Shown here one piece after another: positions 24,890 through 35,237 of a stretch of 35,237 nucleotides of DNA. This stretch comes from Methanosarcinales archaeon (GTDB lineage Archaea > Halobacteriota > Methanosarcinia > Methanosarcinales > Methanogasteraceae). The notes beneath the pieces are model-generated. The model had not been told where the DNA came from. It was given only the letters and a program-made list of their open reading frames with translations, and searched no databases. A program made the translations under genes and the position numbers. Numbering within the stretch: position 1 is the first letter of the stretch; the number at the start of each line of letters is the position of its first letter. The stretch spans positions 1-35,237 of the forward strand of contig JAUWGA010000001.1 in assembly GCA_030606635.1 (NCBI GenBank). Direction: 5' to 3'.

Positions 24890-27800
24890 TTATTCCAAAG
24901 AACGTTCGATTTCAGAGTGACACCATCCGGGTCTGCGCAGTAGGTTGAAAGTATCTATGTAACGGACTGATGCGCCCCCGGCAGCTGCAACAGCTTCATC
25001 AAGAATTCCCTGCGGATTCTGTGTGTCCCATAATGGATGAACGATAATAACCTTCATGATTCTGGTTTCAAATCCTGGCAGAGTTCCCCATGTTCGGGAC
25101 TGGTGGTCATCAAACTGTGATGCAAAGTTATCGGACAGTTTGGTAGCAAAATCTATCCAGCCATCCAATTCGGGCGTCGTGAACTGACCATCGAGCCCGC
25201 ACAAATACCGCGAGTCCTTGAGTATATGTAGATAAGCCAATGCAAGACGCCAGTCCAGAAGACCGTGATAATTCATGTTCCGGTACCTCATGAGACAAGC
25301 ATAACATGCAGAGTCACAGGAGGAACGATGCGACTCAGAAACAATCTTTGTAGGGAAGGAACCCGGATCATTCGGCGATACGATTCCATGCAACACTGAG
25401 TCCCAGTTATCAGATATCCAGCGCACAAAACCTGCCCCGTTGGCAAGGAAGTCGCTCAACGTGATAGCGCCCACATACATGCCGTCAACCTCCAGACACT
25501 GAAAATTACAAATTTCAATTTCATCAGGGTCTATATCCAGCCTCTCGGAAGCTGCCGCTCTCAAAAGGAATGCAGCAGAATAAATGGCTGCTTTGACACC
25601 ACCGCTGGAAGTGACCGGGTCAAGGTTTAAACCCGGAGGTACTGATAACGGTCTGAACCTTAAAACATCGGTCGTCTTACCTGCAGCAATGGCAATCCGC
25701 TGGATTTCTTCTGGTCGATCTTTGCTGACATAAGCAATGTAATCTGATGAAATCCACTGATTACCAAGAACGGGTTTTTCTGTTAGTGGATCCTTCGTAT
25801 CATGTCGGTACCCTCTTGTTGTAACCAATCCCCCCTCAAAAAGTTTTCCAGCGTTGTCGTTGATACGCCATACACGACACTCAGAGGAAAAACTTGTCTC
25901 GCAGTTAGAGCTTACTTTCGTGGAAAATTTTGATTCAGCGCTCTCCGCGACAGAGGTTGGTATTCCGTAAAGAATGTCTCCTCCTTCCTTAGCATCCTTG
26001 CCTCGTGATAGGTCTGTTCTGAATGCAAGCGGTACCGCTGCCAAGTAGCTTTTGAAGTACGGTCCTTGTGGTGTTTTGCAGTATTTGCACTCAGTTTCAG
26101 AGTGTTGCAGGTCGCTTACTATTATATTACCACATCTCAGACAGCGCACCATCCAGCGCGTGGAAAACGGGTCAGCAGCGAGAGGCGCCCACTGCCCGCG
26201 ACGGTTCACAAGAGGTGCTGTAAATCCAATGGCGGTATGAATGGCTTTATCCTTGGTTTTCTGAGCTCCTGGCGCAAATTCAGTAACCGCCAGCTCCAGA
26301 TCTCGATCTACTGTCGATTCTTTTCCGCGCAGTTGATGATAGAGCAGCCGGCTGCGTGACGGCATCCCATACATTGGCAGGATGCCGCCTTCAGCCAGTC
26401 GTTCTGCCAATCCTATTCCAGCTCCCGCGAGTTCTGGGTTAGTAGATGCCTGATCGATCGATTCAGGCAGTTTGTTGCTGAGATAGTCCAACCATTCCTC
26501 GATCTTTCGCTGGTCCACATTTCCAACGAGTGCTCTGATAACGTCCTCTCTTGAATCGTCTGTCCGCAGCCAATCCAATACCTGTTGCTGAACTTCATGC
26601 CACTTCTCGACAAACCCGAACTCACCATGGCTGTCTGGGGGCTTCTCGGGGCAGTCCCACCACCGCACTCCAGCATCCCAAAACGCTCTGCGCAGACATT
26701 CCCTTGCCAGCAGCCGCTGAACAATTCGCTCCTGTTTCATGGTGAGAAATGGCACCGGTGGGGCGCCGCCTGTAATCTGTTCTGGATTAGCAAAATAAAA
26801 CTCGTCGTGGCTGCGGCCGCGGCAGAGTGTGAGAACTGTTGCAAACGCCTGACCGCGTCGCCCAGCTCTGCCGACTCGCTGTTGATAGTTAAAACGCATG
26901 GGGGGCATGTTTGCGAGCATCACTGCCTGCAAGTCTCCGATGTCCACTCCAACCTCCAAAGTAGTTGTAACGCTGAGAACATCGATCTTATCAACCTTTT
27001 CAATAAGAACCTCTTCCTGTCCTGCAAGATCAACGAAAATGTCGCGAAAATGCCTCTGCCGTTTAGCCTGATCATCGGTCTGGGCTGTCAACTCTTCGCA
27101 GTGAAGTCTAATTGGAACGCGCTTCGCTTCTGCTGCTGCATAAGCCAGATAGTTGTGTTGCCAGAGATCCTTGCAGGTGTGGTTGGGCTGTTCTGGAAGC
27201 TGTTTGTGGCAGTTTGTACAGATTCCAGCAGAGTAATGCAGGTGTGGTCGGCGGCAGGTGTGGCATATCCACACGGGATCGTCTGGAAGAGCTACTTTTA
27301 CATCGAGACTGCTTGTTTGGATCATCCCGTTCTTATGCCCGGCTGTACGAAGTGCAGAGAATATTGCCGGACCGACGTCTCGTTCATTCAGCCCCCATTT
27401 TTGGCAGACGGCGCATACAAAGTCTCTGAAGCTGACACGGGCATCGCTATAGTCGGGCCAACCGTATTGTTTAAACTCAGATCCATCGTGGCGGTAGAGG
27501 TCGCCTAATATCCGCAAAGCAGAGTCGCATGCCTGCCGGAAACACTCTAACTGCTCCTGCTGGTGTCCTGCTTCAGATGCGTGGGTTTCAAGTTTCTGGT
27601 CATCAAGCCCCAATTTGAGATAACCAAGCCCTGAAGATTCCATGCTAAAATATAGGCGGCTGAAGAACAGGTCGCACAACCCTTCTCTAACCTTCTTGCG
27701 GAGTGTATTTTTAGCACGGTCCGTATCGGGTGGAAGCCCGTCTTTCCATCTCTTTTCTGTAAAATCGAAAAGTTCAGTCCAGCTGTGCCAGTTCTCTTCC

Positions 27801-30673
27801 CATTTGAAACGCTGTGCATCGAGGTCATTTCCAGCAGGATTCACTCCTGTACCGAGAAGTCTGCTGAGAAGCCTCCCGCATTCAGCAGTATTTCCTTTAT
27901 GAGGGTAGATCAAGTCGCTTACATGAACAACCCGCGACTTCCCTCGCTGCCTGATGATGTTGAGCCTTTGTTCGGCGTCATCCAAAGCATGTTGCAGAAC
28001 TATGTTGGCATGTTCAGGAAGTTCGACAGGGATGCCACCTCTAACCAATTCAACATCTCCACGGATCGCAGTATCAGATCCTGGGGTTTCTTCAACATAT
28101 TCTGCTGCAAGAGAACCGTATGTGGTACGGTTCTGTTCAATATCATCGAGCAATTGAGGTTCGCCCAGTGTTGCCATGAGCAGTTCGTGTATCACCGACT
28201 CACGGAGCAAATCCGAATAGTGGTTGCGCTCTACACCGTTGGAGATCTGTGCTGCATCTTCGCGGCTGTCAGAAAACGAAACAAGTTTGCGCCCTTCATC
28301 AGGTAACTGGTAGAACAGTTCTTTTGTGAGTATCTGGCTGACCTTGGAAAAACCAGTCCTGAAACCGCGTACAGGCGATCTCCGTGAGAGTTTTTTGGCG
28401 TAGTCTTTTGCGCAGCACGCACAGACCGAAGGAAGTGCGGTAAAGGACTCCCTCGCCTCATCACCTTCAGCATCTAATAGGGATCCGAATTTCTTTCCTT
28501 TTTTTGTGCCAATTTGAAAGAGATAGCCTTTCACCCAGTTATCCGGATCTTCTGAATATTTCTCATGCGACAGATCTACCCTCCCTGAACGTGTATCAAG
28601 ACTGGCAGGAGTCCACTGACCTTTTTTTACCGCCACCCCAATCCGGTTAGGTTGGCTCCAGATAGACGCGTCTTCATGAAGCTGTAAATTTCCAACAGGC
28701 CAGAACACAGCAAACTCCTTGTAAGTGCGGCGTTCGATAAAACGTGCTGCCTGTCGGTCAGGAATCCCCTCGATATCCGGATCTGATGGCAGCATTTCAA
28801 TGACACCCTCCCCGAGATCCAATCTGTTTCCACCAAAGTAAACAGCGCCGCAATGCTCGCAGAGGAGTAATTCTAGGACTCGACGTCCCTTTTTAGTAAT
28901 GATTCTCGGAGAAGAATATAATGTTCCGACTGGTCTTCCGTCTTCTGCGTATGCAGGCGGTTTGGTAGATGCCCACAACCCTTCAGTGCTGCGGAAAAAC
29001 CAGTGAAGGCGGAATGATGGTAGCGATGATTGTTCTCCTTCATCATCGCAAATACTACGAGCTGCAAGAAGTCCGCGGACAGCTTCCCGTCTATTTTCCC
29101 CTGATACTGCTGTTCCAAAGAGCTTCTCTGCAAAGTCATCGAGCGAAACAGCACGCGTTTCCCCCTCACACTCACATGCCTTCTGCGTTCTGGTGGCAAT
29201 GCGCATACCATCTGATTCCATCTGTTCTTTTAGAGCCAACTTTCCAGATGGTGCGTCTCCTCGGTACCCAAGAGAAACTGCTGCTTTCTGACAGGCATCA
29301 TCAGAAAAATCAGGCGCATCCTGACTGAGAGTAACGAACGGTTCGGATGGCAAAAAATCAGATCCGGCAATCTCTGGAATTTGATTTTGACGCCCCCGGA
29401 TTATCTCAAAGCTGTCTGCTTGAGCACCGAAGAAATCATGGAGAAATTCACGGCTTTTGGGATTGTCAGGGTCCAGCGAGGCGCTGGAGCTTAAGATGCG
29501 CAACTTAAGATGGTCTGGTGTAAGTCCCAGACGCAGGAGCAACAACCTCAAAAGATATGCCACCTCAGCGCCAGCCGTCCCCCTGTAGAGGTGCAGCTCG
29601 TCAATGATCAAATGAAACACTCTATCGTCCCCACCCGCCAACCACCGCCGCGTCTTCTCAAAGATGGGATCATCTATCTCGCGCATGAGCATGATGCTCA
29701 ACATCGAAAAGTTGGTTATCAGAATATCTGGCGGCGAGTCCTGCATGTCCCAGCGTGAACGCATCTCAGCACCATCAAGTTTGGGGAAATAGGACGTGAC
29801 ATCTGGCTTGTTGTTATCTTTGGCGTATCGCTCAGCAGCATCTGCGTCACGGTCCATGTCCATCAACACGCGAGTAAGTCTATCTATTCTCTTCCGGTCG
29901 GGGTTTCTGTTGCCATTGGCATTCGGCTCCTTAAATTCATGTCCCGGGATGGGTGTGCTGCCGTTGTAACGTCCAAAGTAGATTTTGTTCCCCTCTCGGT
30001 TATGCTGAAACCACTCCCTCGCGTCATCCGAGTCAAGAGCTTTGCGGAGGCGAGTAAGCTGGTCTTCAACCAGCGCATTCATTGGATAAATGATCAATGC
30101 ACGAACAGCAGCATCCCTCTGCTCGTGACCCCGCTGAGAAACTCTGTAAGAACGCTGTATCCGGTTGTGTTCGTTACAGCAGGAATCCTGCCACTGGCTA
30201 TCATTCCACCAGTTGTTAACGTGGGGGTCTGGCGTATCCGGGGCTACCCAGCCAGAAGACTCTCGTGCAAGGTAAGCGAATAGCGGAAGAAGGAATGCTT
30301 CAGTCTTGCCTGAACCGGTGCCGGCAGTAACCACACAGTTTGTACCTTCTAACACTCTTTTAAGCATTTCCGTCTGGTGGTCATACAGTTCGTAGTCTCC
30401 GAACAGACCACATGCAACCAACGACTTAAAATCGGATATTTCCTGATTGCTGAGTCCATGGAGGTCTTCTTCTTTTAAATCCTGAATAGTCTTCCCAGAT
30501 TTCTGGTATATTGGCAGCGGTTCAATCCAAGGTTCCTGACACAGGACCCCGAGCTCTCGCAGCAGTTCTTCCCTTTCAGCCTCTATGGATGGAAAACGGG
30601 TGCCGAATACAGTCTGTATGTACCGGATAAAGTTATCCCGGATAGTATCAAATGCGCCAACCGGGTCTTTCAT
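24890..30673 (-). CDS. Very large SF2 DExH helicase with Zn-binding Cys clusters and C-terminal DUF1998 (Druantia DruE-like)
   Basis: LYDHQ, AGTGSGKTE, YPMNALVEDQ, PPDILITN, IDELH, SASL, TTTLEVGVDIG, QRVGRAGRR and C-terminal CDSACYACL. 1927 aa. ATGA overlap and GGAGTGA RBS. Confidence 0.88.
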   Translation of the reverse strand: MKDPVGAFDTIRDNFIRYIQTVFGTRFPSIEAEREELLRELGVLCQEPWIEPLPIYQKSGKTIQDLKEEDLHGLSNQEISDFKSLVACGLFGDYELYDHQTEMLKRVLEGTNCVVTAGTGSGKTEAFLLPLFAYLARESSGWVAPDTPDPHVNNWWNDSQWQDSCCNEHNRIQRSYRVSQRGHEQRDAAVRALIIYPMNALVEDQLTRLRKALDSDDAREWFQHNREGNKIYFGRYNGSTPIPGHEFKEPNANGNRNPDRKRIDRLTRVLMDMDRDADAAERYAKDNNKPDVTSYFPKLDGAEMRSRWDMQDSPPDILITNFSMLSIMLMREIDDPIFEKTRRWLAGGDDRVFHLIIDELHLYRGTAGAEVAYLLRLLLLRLGLTPDHLKLRILSSSASLDPDNPKSREFLHDFFGAQADSFEIIRGRQNQIPEIAGSDFLPSEPFVTLSQDAPDFSDDACQKAAVSLGYRGDAPSGKLALKEQMESDGMRIATRTQKACECEGETRAVSLDDFAEKLFGTAVSGENRREAVRGLLAARSICDDEGEQSSLPSFRLHWFFRSTEGLWASTKPPAYAEDGRPVGTLYSSPRIITKKGRRVLELLLCEHCGAVYFGGNRLDLGEGVIEMLPSDPDIEGIPDRQAARFIERRTYKEFAVFWPVGNLQLHEDASIWSQPNRIGVAVKKGQWTPASLDTRSGRVDLSHEKYSEDPDNWVKGYLFQIGTKKGKKFGSLLDAEGDEARESFTALPSVCACCAKDYAKKLSRRSPVRGFRTGFSKVSQILTKELFYQLPDEGRKLVSFSDSREDAAQISNGVERNHYSDLLRESVIHELLMATLGEPQLLDDIEQNRTTYGSLAAEYVEETPGSDTAIRGDVELVRGGIPVELPEHANIVLQHALDDAEQRLNIIRQRGKSRVVHVSDLIYPHKGNTAECGRLLSRLLGTGVNPAGNDLDAQRFKWEENWHSWTELFDFTEKRWKDGLPPDTDRAKNTLRKKVREGLCDLFFSRLYFSMESSGLGYLKLGLDDQKLETHASEAGHQQEQLECFRQACDSALRILGDLYRHDGSEFKQYGWPDYSDARVSFRDFVCAVCQKWGLNERDVGPAIFSALRTAGHKNGMIQTSSLDVKVALPDDPVWICHTCRRPHLHYSAGICTNCHKQLPEQPNHTCKDLWQHNYLAYAAAEAKRVPIRLHCEELTAQTDDQAKRQRHFRDIFVDLAGQEEVLIEKVDKIDVLSVTTTLEVGVDIGDLQAVMLANMPPMRFNYQQRVGRAGRRGQAFATVLTLCRGRSHDEFYFANPEQITGGAPPVPFLTMKQERIVQRLLARECLRRAFWDAGVRWWDCPEKPPDSHGEFGFVEKWHEVQQQVLDWLRTDDSREDVIRALVGNVDQRKIEEWLDYLSNKLPESIDQASTNPELAGAGIGLAERLAEGGILPMYGMPSRSRLLYHQLRGKESTVDRDLELAVTEFAPGAQKTKDKAIHTAIGFTAPLVNRRGQWAPLAADPFSTRWMVRCLRCGNIIVSDLQHSETECKYCKTPQGPYFKSYLAAVPLAFRTDLSRGKDAKEGGDILYGIPTSVAESAESKFSTKVSSNCETSFSSECRVWRINDNAGKLFEGGLVTTRGYRHDTKDPLTEKPVLGNQWISSDYIAYVSKDRPEEIQRIAIAAGKTTDVLRFRPLSVPPGLNLDPVTSSGGVKAAIYSAAFLLRAAASERLDIDPDEIEICNFQCLEVDGMYVGAITLSDFLANGAGFVRWISDNWDSVLHGIVSPNDPGSFPTKIVSESHRSSCDSACYACLMRYRNMNYHGLLDWRLALAYLHILKDSRYLCGLDGQFTTPELDGWIDFATKLSDNFASQFDDHQSRTWGTLPGFETRIMKVIIVHPLWDTQNPQGILDEAVAAAGGASVRYIDTFNLLRRPGWCHSEIERSLE

Positions 30674-31680
30674 GAGATCACTCCATTGCTGTCAGGTACG
30701 GTACTGTGGTCTATCAGGTTTTGCGATAGTTTCTCTGAAATCATCGTGGCGACAGGTGGGGGTACAGCACAGTAGATATCCATGGGATGTCCGGCAGGCA
30801 CCCCTCCTACTGACTGCTCACCCATGCGCGCTGGTGCTGGAGCCAGTCCGGTGCAGAGGGTAGCAGCTCTTGCCAGAAAGCGTGGAAGCGGCACATACGC
30901 GGGCACAGCCAGCTGATGGCGCCGTTTGTCATATAGCAAGACATCCGCCCCTTCGTCTGCAATAATCATATATCGCCCCCAGTCCCGATCCACTTCAGCC
31001 GCCCGGTTACTATCCCAGATCCAGTGACGTTTCTGCTGGCTCCTGGGATCGGTATATTCAACCAGTCCCTGCACGTTTTCAGTATTGTGGTTCTTGGAAA
31101 AGGTCAGAGTATTGGCAGAAAAAGTTCGTTTGAGCCAGTTGATATCGGCTCTATCCTCATAAGATAAGTTATGCCTGACATTTCCAATTCCTGCCGAAAA
31201 ATTAACCAGCGACCATGCAGCCGGCGCCGTTAGATGGCATCCTATCTGTGCGGCTTGAGCTACTTTCTGAAGATGATCGTGATCGACCGCCTCGATGTAG
31301 ATCGCTGGAGGAAGGAGGGGGTGCTCACTTCTCTGCAATTTGATGCTATGTGAAACAGAGTTCCGGTTACCTTTTGCAAAATCTTTCATCTTCTGAACCA
31401 TCGAGGGAGTCCTGGCACCTGTTAAAACCGCTTTGGGCAAACCATACGGCGGCAGGGCAACAAGAACAGGTGGGCAGGCAAAAACATGGCGTTTGTCAAA
31501 ATTGAACTCGCAATGGCCCAACGAGTCCAGATATCGGATAGTCTGGCGCCGGACGTGATTAAGATCGACTTCGCTTGTCGATATTCCGGGTAACTGGCAC
31601 AGTGCATCAAAGGCAGCATTGAACTTATCTATGCTCATCCGCCCACTCGTGCTGATGGCTTGCAGAAGTAACTTAGACAC
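30670..31680 (-). CDS. Hypothetical partner of the DUF1998 helicase (possibly the C-terminal half of a DruH-like protein). Probable GTG start
   Basis: GGAGGT lies 8 nt before the GTG at 31680, which overlaps the upstream stop. Translationally coupled on both sides. Confidence 0.72.
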   Translation of the reverse strand: MSKLLLQAISTSGRMSIDKFNAAFDALCQLPGISTSEVDLNHVRRQTIRYLDSLGHCEFNFDKRHVFACPPVLVALPPYGLPKAVLTGARTPSMVQKMKDFAKGNRNSVSHSIKLQRSEHPLLPPAIYIEAVDHDHLQKVAQAAQIGCHLTAPAAWSLVNFSAGIGNVRHNLSYEDRADINWLKRTFSANTLTFSKNHNTENVQGLVEYTDPRSQQKRHWIWDSNRAAEVDRDWGRYMIIADEGADVLLYDKRRHQLAVPAYVPLPRFLARAATLCTGLAPAPARMGEQSVGGVPAGHPMDIYCAVPPPVATMISEKLSQNLIDHSTVPDSNGVIS

Positions 31681-33733
31681 GTTTTGCAACCTCCCTGTAC
31701 TTATTCCATATGTCCCGGATTTTCGGAAGCGCTGGATATCCGGTCTTCTGATATTCAGTCTTCTTACGTTTGACCCATATCGCTTCCCTCCACCGTTTTA
31801 CAGCATGGAGATTGCTTATTGCATGGTTGGGGTTAGGTATGGTTCCTGCATCTTCAGGCTGCCCGCAGAAATGGACAGGCCATTTATCCGTCTCAGACTT
31901 GTCGACTGCCCAGACAGGCTGCCATTCATCTGGCAGATCCTCATCAGGCCAGTCTACTATTTCACCAGGTCTGGCACCTAAAAACGTGATTCTGCGTGAC
32001 AGGTATGTGGGAAGAGTCGGCGGAAGAACGGGGGGTGGACCAACGCCAGCAACAACTGCCCCTGTGGCGCATGGCATGGAAACATCGCCGATCAGCATCT
32101 GACCTGAACTGTCCCGCGATGGCACATCCTTAAACGATACCGGAAGTTCCGGTTCTTCCAGCCTTATCACATGCTTCTGCAAAGGATCCGGTCCATCTTT
32201 GAAGACCCGAATATTTAATGGGCAGTTAACGGGTGCATCGGCAGGGATGTGCCAGCGAGCAATGGACACATCTTCTCGCTTGAGTTCATCTTCGTTGAGC
32301 GTGACACGTTCACTTCCGTCACCGCCTTCTATGACGATTAGCGGAGGTCCGAACTTAAGATATCTGTTGCCCCGTCCGATCTTTATCCCGCCTTGAAGCC
32401 GGATACGCAACAGGCTGGAAAGCGTGAGTACGTCAACACCCTCGCAGGATTCATGCGCACTCCTGCCTTCAAATATCGCCCATCCAGAAGGTAGCCCTTG
32501 AAGCAACTGTTCTTCGAATTTTTCGCAGCAGTCAGTTCCCCACCGCTGCACATCCGCCACCCTGCTGTCGCTGCACGCTACCATAAACTCACAATTTCGT
32601 TCCAGACGTTGTGATTCAACCCACCCTGGAAGCCCTTCTCTATTTCCTAGCAGGAAAAGCCTCACATCAGTCCCTTTGAGGTGTGCTCTCCATTTGTTTT
32701 CTTTATCCTCAAACCTTACACCAGTAGACCAATTTACTGTTGCCGCATCCAATGGTCGTTGAGGTCGTATGTTGGTGTTCGTCAACTTTGTTGACCAGTT
32801 TGGCATAGTCTCTCTGCACGAAACCATTTGTCCAGCATATTCGAATTCAAGACCGTTATCTGGAAATGGACGGTTGGTTTTGAGCCGGAGAGTTGGTGCA
32901 ATTGTTCCTGAAACTCTGTTCAGTTCGAGACAGATGCGTAGTCCCACTTGTGAGGGGGTGTGATCTAAATCTGATATGGTGTACGAAATAACACTCCCAT
33001 CCCAGTCAACAAGTTCATTGAGTACAAGATCGATGAGTGCATTCACCATCTCAATGCTATCACCTTGTGTTCCGTCCAGAAGTTTCAAGGTGCGGTTTTC
33101 CAGCCCATCCTTACCGTAGCTCAATAGAACTCGCCTGATTACTGCATCAGAAGGGGTATCAGTCGGGTCAAGTTCTGCTTCACTGAAGATCAGAGGTAAA
33201 TAATTCCGCTCATCATCAGACAGGAGAGTTTGTGATAATGGACGCCCGACATGAACCTTGCCACCGCGAATGCGTGCAGCGAAGCGCCCCAATTCTTCAT
33301 GTTTGTCTTCTGTACTCCACTTTTGCAAGTCTTCCCACAGTTCCGCCATGTGGTCAAAGTGTAGCGGTGTGCCTGAACCACCAGGTTCGCCTAACAAGGG
33401 CCAGAGTTTGGGATAATAAGCTTTTGGATCATAATCCCCGCCTCTAGTTGCCGCTAAGACGAAAAGTGCTAAATATGCAATATACGGAGGATATTCCAGA
33501 TTTTTGATTCTCCAGCCACGATAAGATTGTAAAGCCTTATTGCATATAGCACCCTTTGTTGCCCAATCCGGACCGACTTTAACAGACTGTATAAAATCTT
33601 CAACGTCTGCGCCCGTCTCTACTCCTATCTGGTTTATAGTATCTTCATTAACATATAGCAGCACTTCCCGTCCAGCCATCATTTCATTGAAAAACTTGCG
33701 GGCTATAAGATTATTCCATTCTATGTAGTTCAT
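31673..33733 (-). CDS. Hypothetical partner of the DUF1998 helicase (possibly the N-terminal part of a DruH-like protein)
   Basis: 686-aa ORF, first large gene of a tightly coupled operon ending in the helicase. Confidence 0.78.
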   Translation of the reverse strand: MNYIEWNNLIARKFFNEMMAGREVLLYVNEDTINQIGVETGADVEDFIQSVKVGPDWATKGAICNKALQSYRGWRIKNLEYPPYIAYLALFVLAATRGGDYDPKAYYPKLWPLLGEPGGSGTPLHFDHMAELWEDLQKWSTEDKHEELGRFAARIRGGKVHVGRPLSQTLLSDDERNYLPLIFSEAELDPTDTPSDAVIRRVLLSYGKDGLENRTLKLLDGTQGDSIEMVNALIDLVLNELVDWDGSVISYTISDLDHTPSQVGLRICLELNRVSGTIAPTLRLKTNRPFPDNGLEFEYAGQMVSCRETMPNWSTKLTNTNIRPQRPLDAATVNWSTGVRFEDKENKWRAHLKGTDVRLFLLGNREGLPGWVESQRLERNCEFMVACSDSRVADVQRWGTDCCEKFEEQLLQGLPSGWAIFEGRSAHESCEGVDVLTLSSLLRIRLQGGIKIGRGNRYLKFGPPLIVIEGGDGSERVTLNEDELKREDVSIARWHIPADAPVNCPLNIRVFKDGPDPLQKHVIRLEEPELPVSFKDVPSRDSSGQMLIGDVSMPCATGAVVAGVGPPPVLPPTLPTYLSRRITFLGARPGEIVDWPDEDLPDEWQPVWAVDKSETDKWPVHFCGQPEDAGTIPNPNHAISNLHAVKRWREAIWVKRKKTEYQKTGYPALPKIRDIWNKYREVAKRV

Positions 33734-33834
33734 ACTTTTCTGTCCTGTTCAGCAATTTCTAACCGCTTTCCACCACTGTTCAAGTACTTCATTGCGAAAT
33801 TGTCTATGGATATCTTTGCTTTTACTTTCACCAT
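33730..33834 (-). CDS. Putative 34-aa leader ORF (MVKVKAKISIDNFAMKYLNSGGKRLEIAEQDRKV)
   Basis: ATG lies 27 nt from a TTTATAAT box. Its stop forms an ATGA overlap with the start of the 686-aa gene. Confidence 0.45.
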   Translation of the reverse strand: MVKVKAKISIDNFAMKYLNSGGKRLEIAEQDRKV

Positions 33835-33860
33835 ACCCTAAAACTTATAGAACTTCATGG

Positions 33861-33876
33861 ATTATAAAGTTTGTTA
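33861..33876 (-). promoter_or_regulatory. BRE/TATA promoter of the helicase operon
   Basis: Minus strand AACAAAC-TTTATAAT upstream of the operon. Confidence 0.55.
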
Positions 33877-34052
33877 GTGCTGCAGTTGTATTCGTGGTAA
33901 TCTGCTATGAACAATCGCCCATGGCAACGTTTGTGCGATAAACTCGCAGGACACCGTGAAAACTCCGAAAGCCCGATCTCTATCGAACACCTTTCAAGCT
34001 GACACAGCCTCTGAAGACTGTTACGGGCTCAGATCGTTCGAGGCGCGTCTGT

Positions 34053-34721
34053 CTACATCCACCTCGTAAGATACTCGACCGCCTCGACAACGCCTGCACC
34101 ATACTCGCCAGCGGTCACGAGATCGGCAGCACCCTTAAGTGCAGGATGCGCATTTCCGACAGCGACCCCAAATCCAGCTGCGGCAAGCATCTGTATATCG
34201 TTTTCAGAGTCCCCGATGGCAGCAAAGTCGCTTGCATCGATACCCATGAGACCAGCTATCCGGAAGAGTCCGGTTCCCTTGTCCACATCCTTGCTCTTCA
34301 GATGGATGGCGTAACCGGAATCCACAACATCGATCCCCTCGCCAACGATCTGCCGCGCATCCGCGGCATCAAAGTTCCTCCGAAGCGCTATATCGGTCTT
34401 CCTGTACTCTGAATCGAGTTTTTGGATGTGCACACCAAGATGTTCTGTCAATACATCAAACGCACGCTCACATGCATCGATATCGCCATCGTAGTACTCC
34501 TTGCCATCGTATTCAAGCGAGATTACGCCGCCGTTCTCTGCTATGATCTGCCCGCCGGTTCCGATCAGTTTTGCTGCTGCCCTTGCAAAGCAGAGCACGT
34601 TACCGGTGGCAAGCACGATCGGGATATTAAGCGAGCGAAGGCACGCAACTGCGCGGCAGTCGATGCTCCGGTCCTTATGCGTCAGCGTGCCATCGATATC
34701 GATCGCAATCGCCTTTATCAT
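34053..34721 (-). CDS. Phosphoglycolate phosphatase, archaeal HAD subclass IIB (TA0175 type)
   Basis: DIDGTLT, LATGN, IAENGG, VDKGTG, IGDSEND and AVGNA motifs. Confidence 0.92.
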   Translation of the reverse strand: MIKAIAIDIDGTLTHKDRSIDCRAVACLRSLNIPIVLATGNVLCFARAAAKLIGTGGQIIAENGGVISLEYDGKEYYDGDIDACERAFDVLTEHLGVHIQKLDSEYRKTDIALRRNFDAADARQIVGEGIDVVDSGYAIHLKSKDVDKGTGLFRIAGLMGIDASDFAAIGDSENDIQMLAAAGFGVAVGNAHPALKGAADLVTAGEYGAGVVEAVEYLTRWM

Positions 34722-35236
34722 ATATCGAATAGCCCCTCTGGTGTCACTGTGTATAGTGCCTCGCCGTCCGGAAGGTTGGGCGAGTCGACCAGTTTTGCAA
34801 CCCGTTTGTCACCTTTCGATTTCCGCAGGTATAGCCGGAATGTCGAGGTGTGCCCGAGAATGTGCCCGCCGATCGGTTTTGTCGGATCGCCGAAGAACGC
34901 ATCTGGCTTTGACATCACCTGGTTGGTCACAAAGACCATCGCATTGTGGAGGTCGCCAAATCGCATGAGGGCGTGCAGATGCTTGTTTAATTTCTGCTGC
35001 CGATCAGCAAGCGTGCCCCTGCCGACATACTCCGCCCGGAAGTGCGCTGTCAGCGAATCGACAATCAGGAGGCGTACCGGCTTATCAGTATCCCGGAGCG
35101 AATCCGCAAGTTCGGATGCGGTGTCCATGAGAAGGATCTGATGGTTGGAGTTGTATGCACGGGCAACATGGATGTTTTTTAGGAATTCCTCGGGATCGTA
35201 CTCGGTTTCGTATCTCTTCGCCGCCCCTTCCACCAT
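34718..35236 (-). CDS. radA: DNA repair and recombination protein RadA (C-terminal part, 5' end outside window)
   Basis: [42 protein letters not shown] and LVDSPNLP. Confidence 0.97.
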   Translation of the reverse strand: MVEGAAKRYETEYDPEEFLKNIHVARAYNSNHQILLMDTASELADSLRDTDKPVRLLIVDSLTAHFRAEYVGRGTLADRQQKLNKHLHALMRFGDLHNAMVFVTNQVMSKPDAFFGDPTKPIGGHILGHTSTFRLYLRKSKGDKRVAKLVDSPNLPDGEALYTVTPEGLFDI

Positions 35237-35237
35237 G

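Noticed and set aside
24860..34052. Terminal repeats delimiting the defence island (TTGAAAGG / CCTTTCAA)
   Set aside because: Only an 8-bp inverted match, with no target duplication, integrase or tRNA. The boundaries cannot be defined from this window.
405..35141. Numerous antisense or alternate-frame ORFs in the track (e.g. 1735-2472, 9878-10654, 16688-17326, 26585-27508, 34422-35141)
   Set aside because: They are shadow ORFs of well-supported genes in GC-rich DNA, with no motifs or translation signals.

Overview
Archaeal chromosomal segment. Gene content, TATA/BRE promoters and GGAGGTG-type RBSs fit a Methanosarcinales/ANME-like organism, but the taxon is inferred. The housekeeping backbone is a PfkB kinase, hisB, purT, an MFS transporter, Sec61beta, elp3, a fumarase alpha subunit, a bactofilin-like protein, an FAD/Fe-S/CCG oxidoreductase, a HAD phosphatase and radA. 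Four accessory signals stand out. (1) A four-gene surface-structure locus (10999-19932) in which three secreted proteins share one unnamed domain (WxxYYG[NS]), arranged like the tip adhesin, major subunit and membrane anchor of a donor-strand-type filament, plus a CWB2-like anchored protein. (2) A tiny palindromic element flanked by TA duplications, in 27-bp and 48-bp frame-preserving forms, inserted in frame five times in three genes. (3) Two paralogous stem-closed, C-rich putative small RNAs, each with its own conserved TATA promoter (3437-3806). (4) A Druantia-like defence operon (1927-aa DUF1998 helicase plus two partners) preceded by a coupled 34-codon leader ORF. No tRNA, rRNA, CRISPR array or transposase was seen. 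All family assignments come from motif recognition, not database searches.
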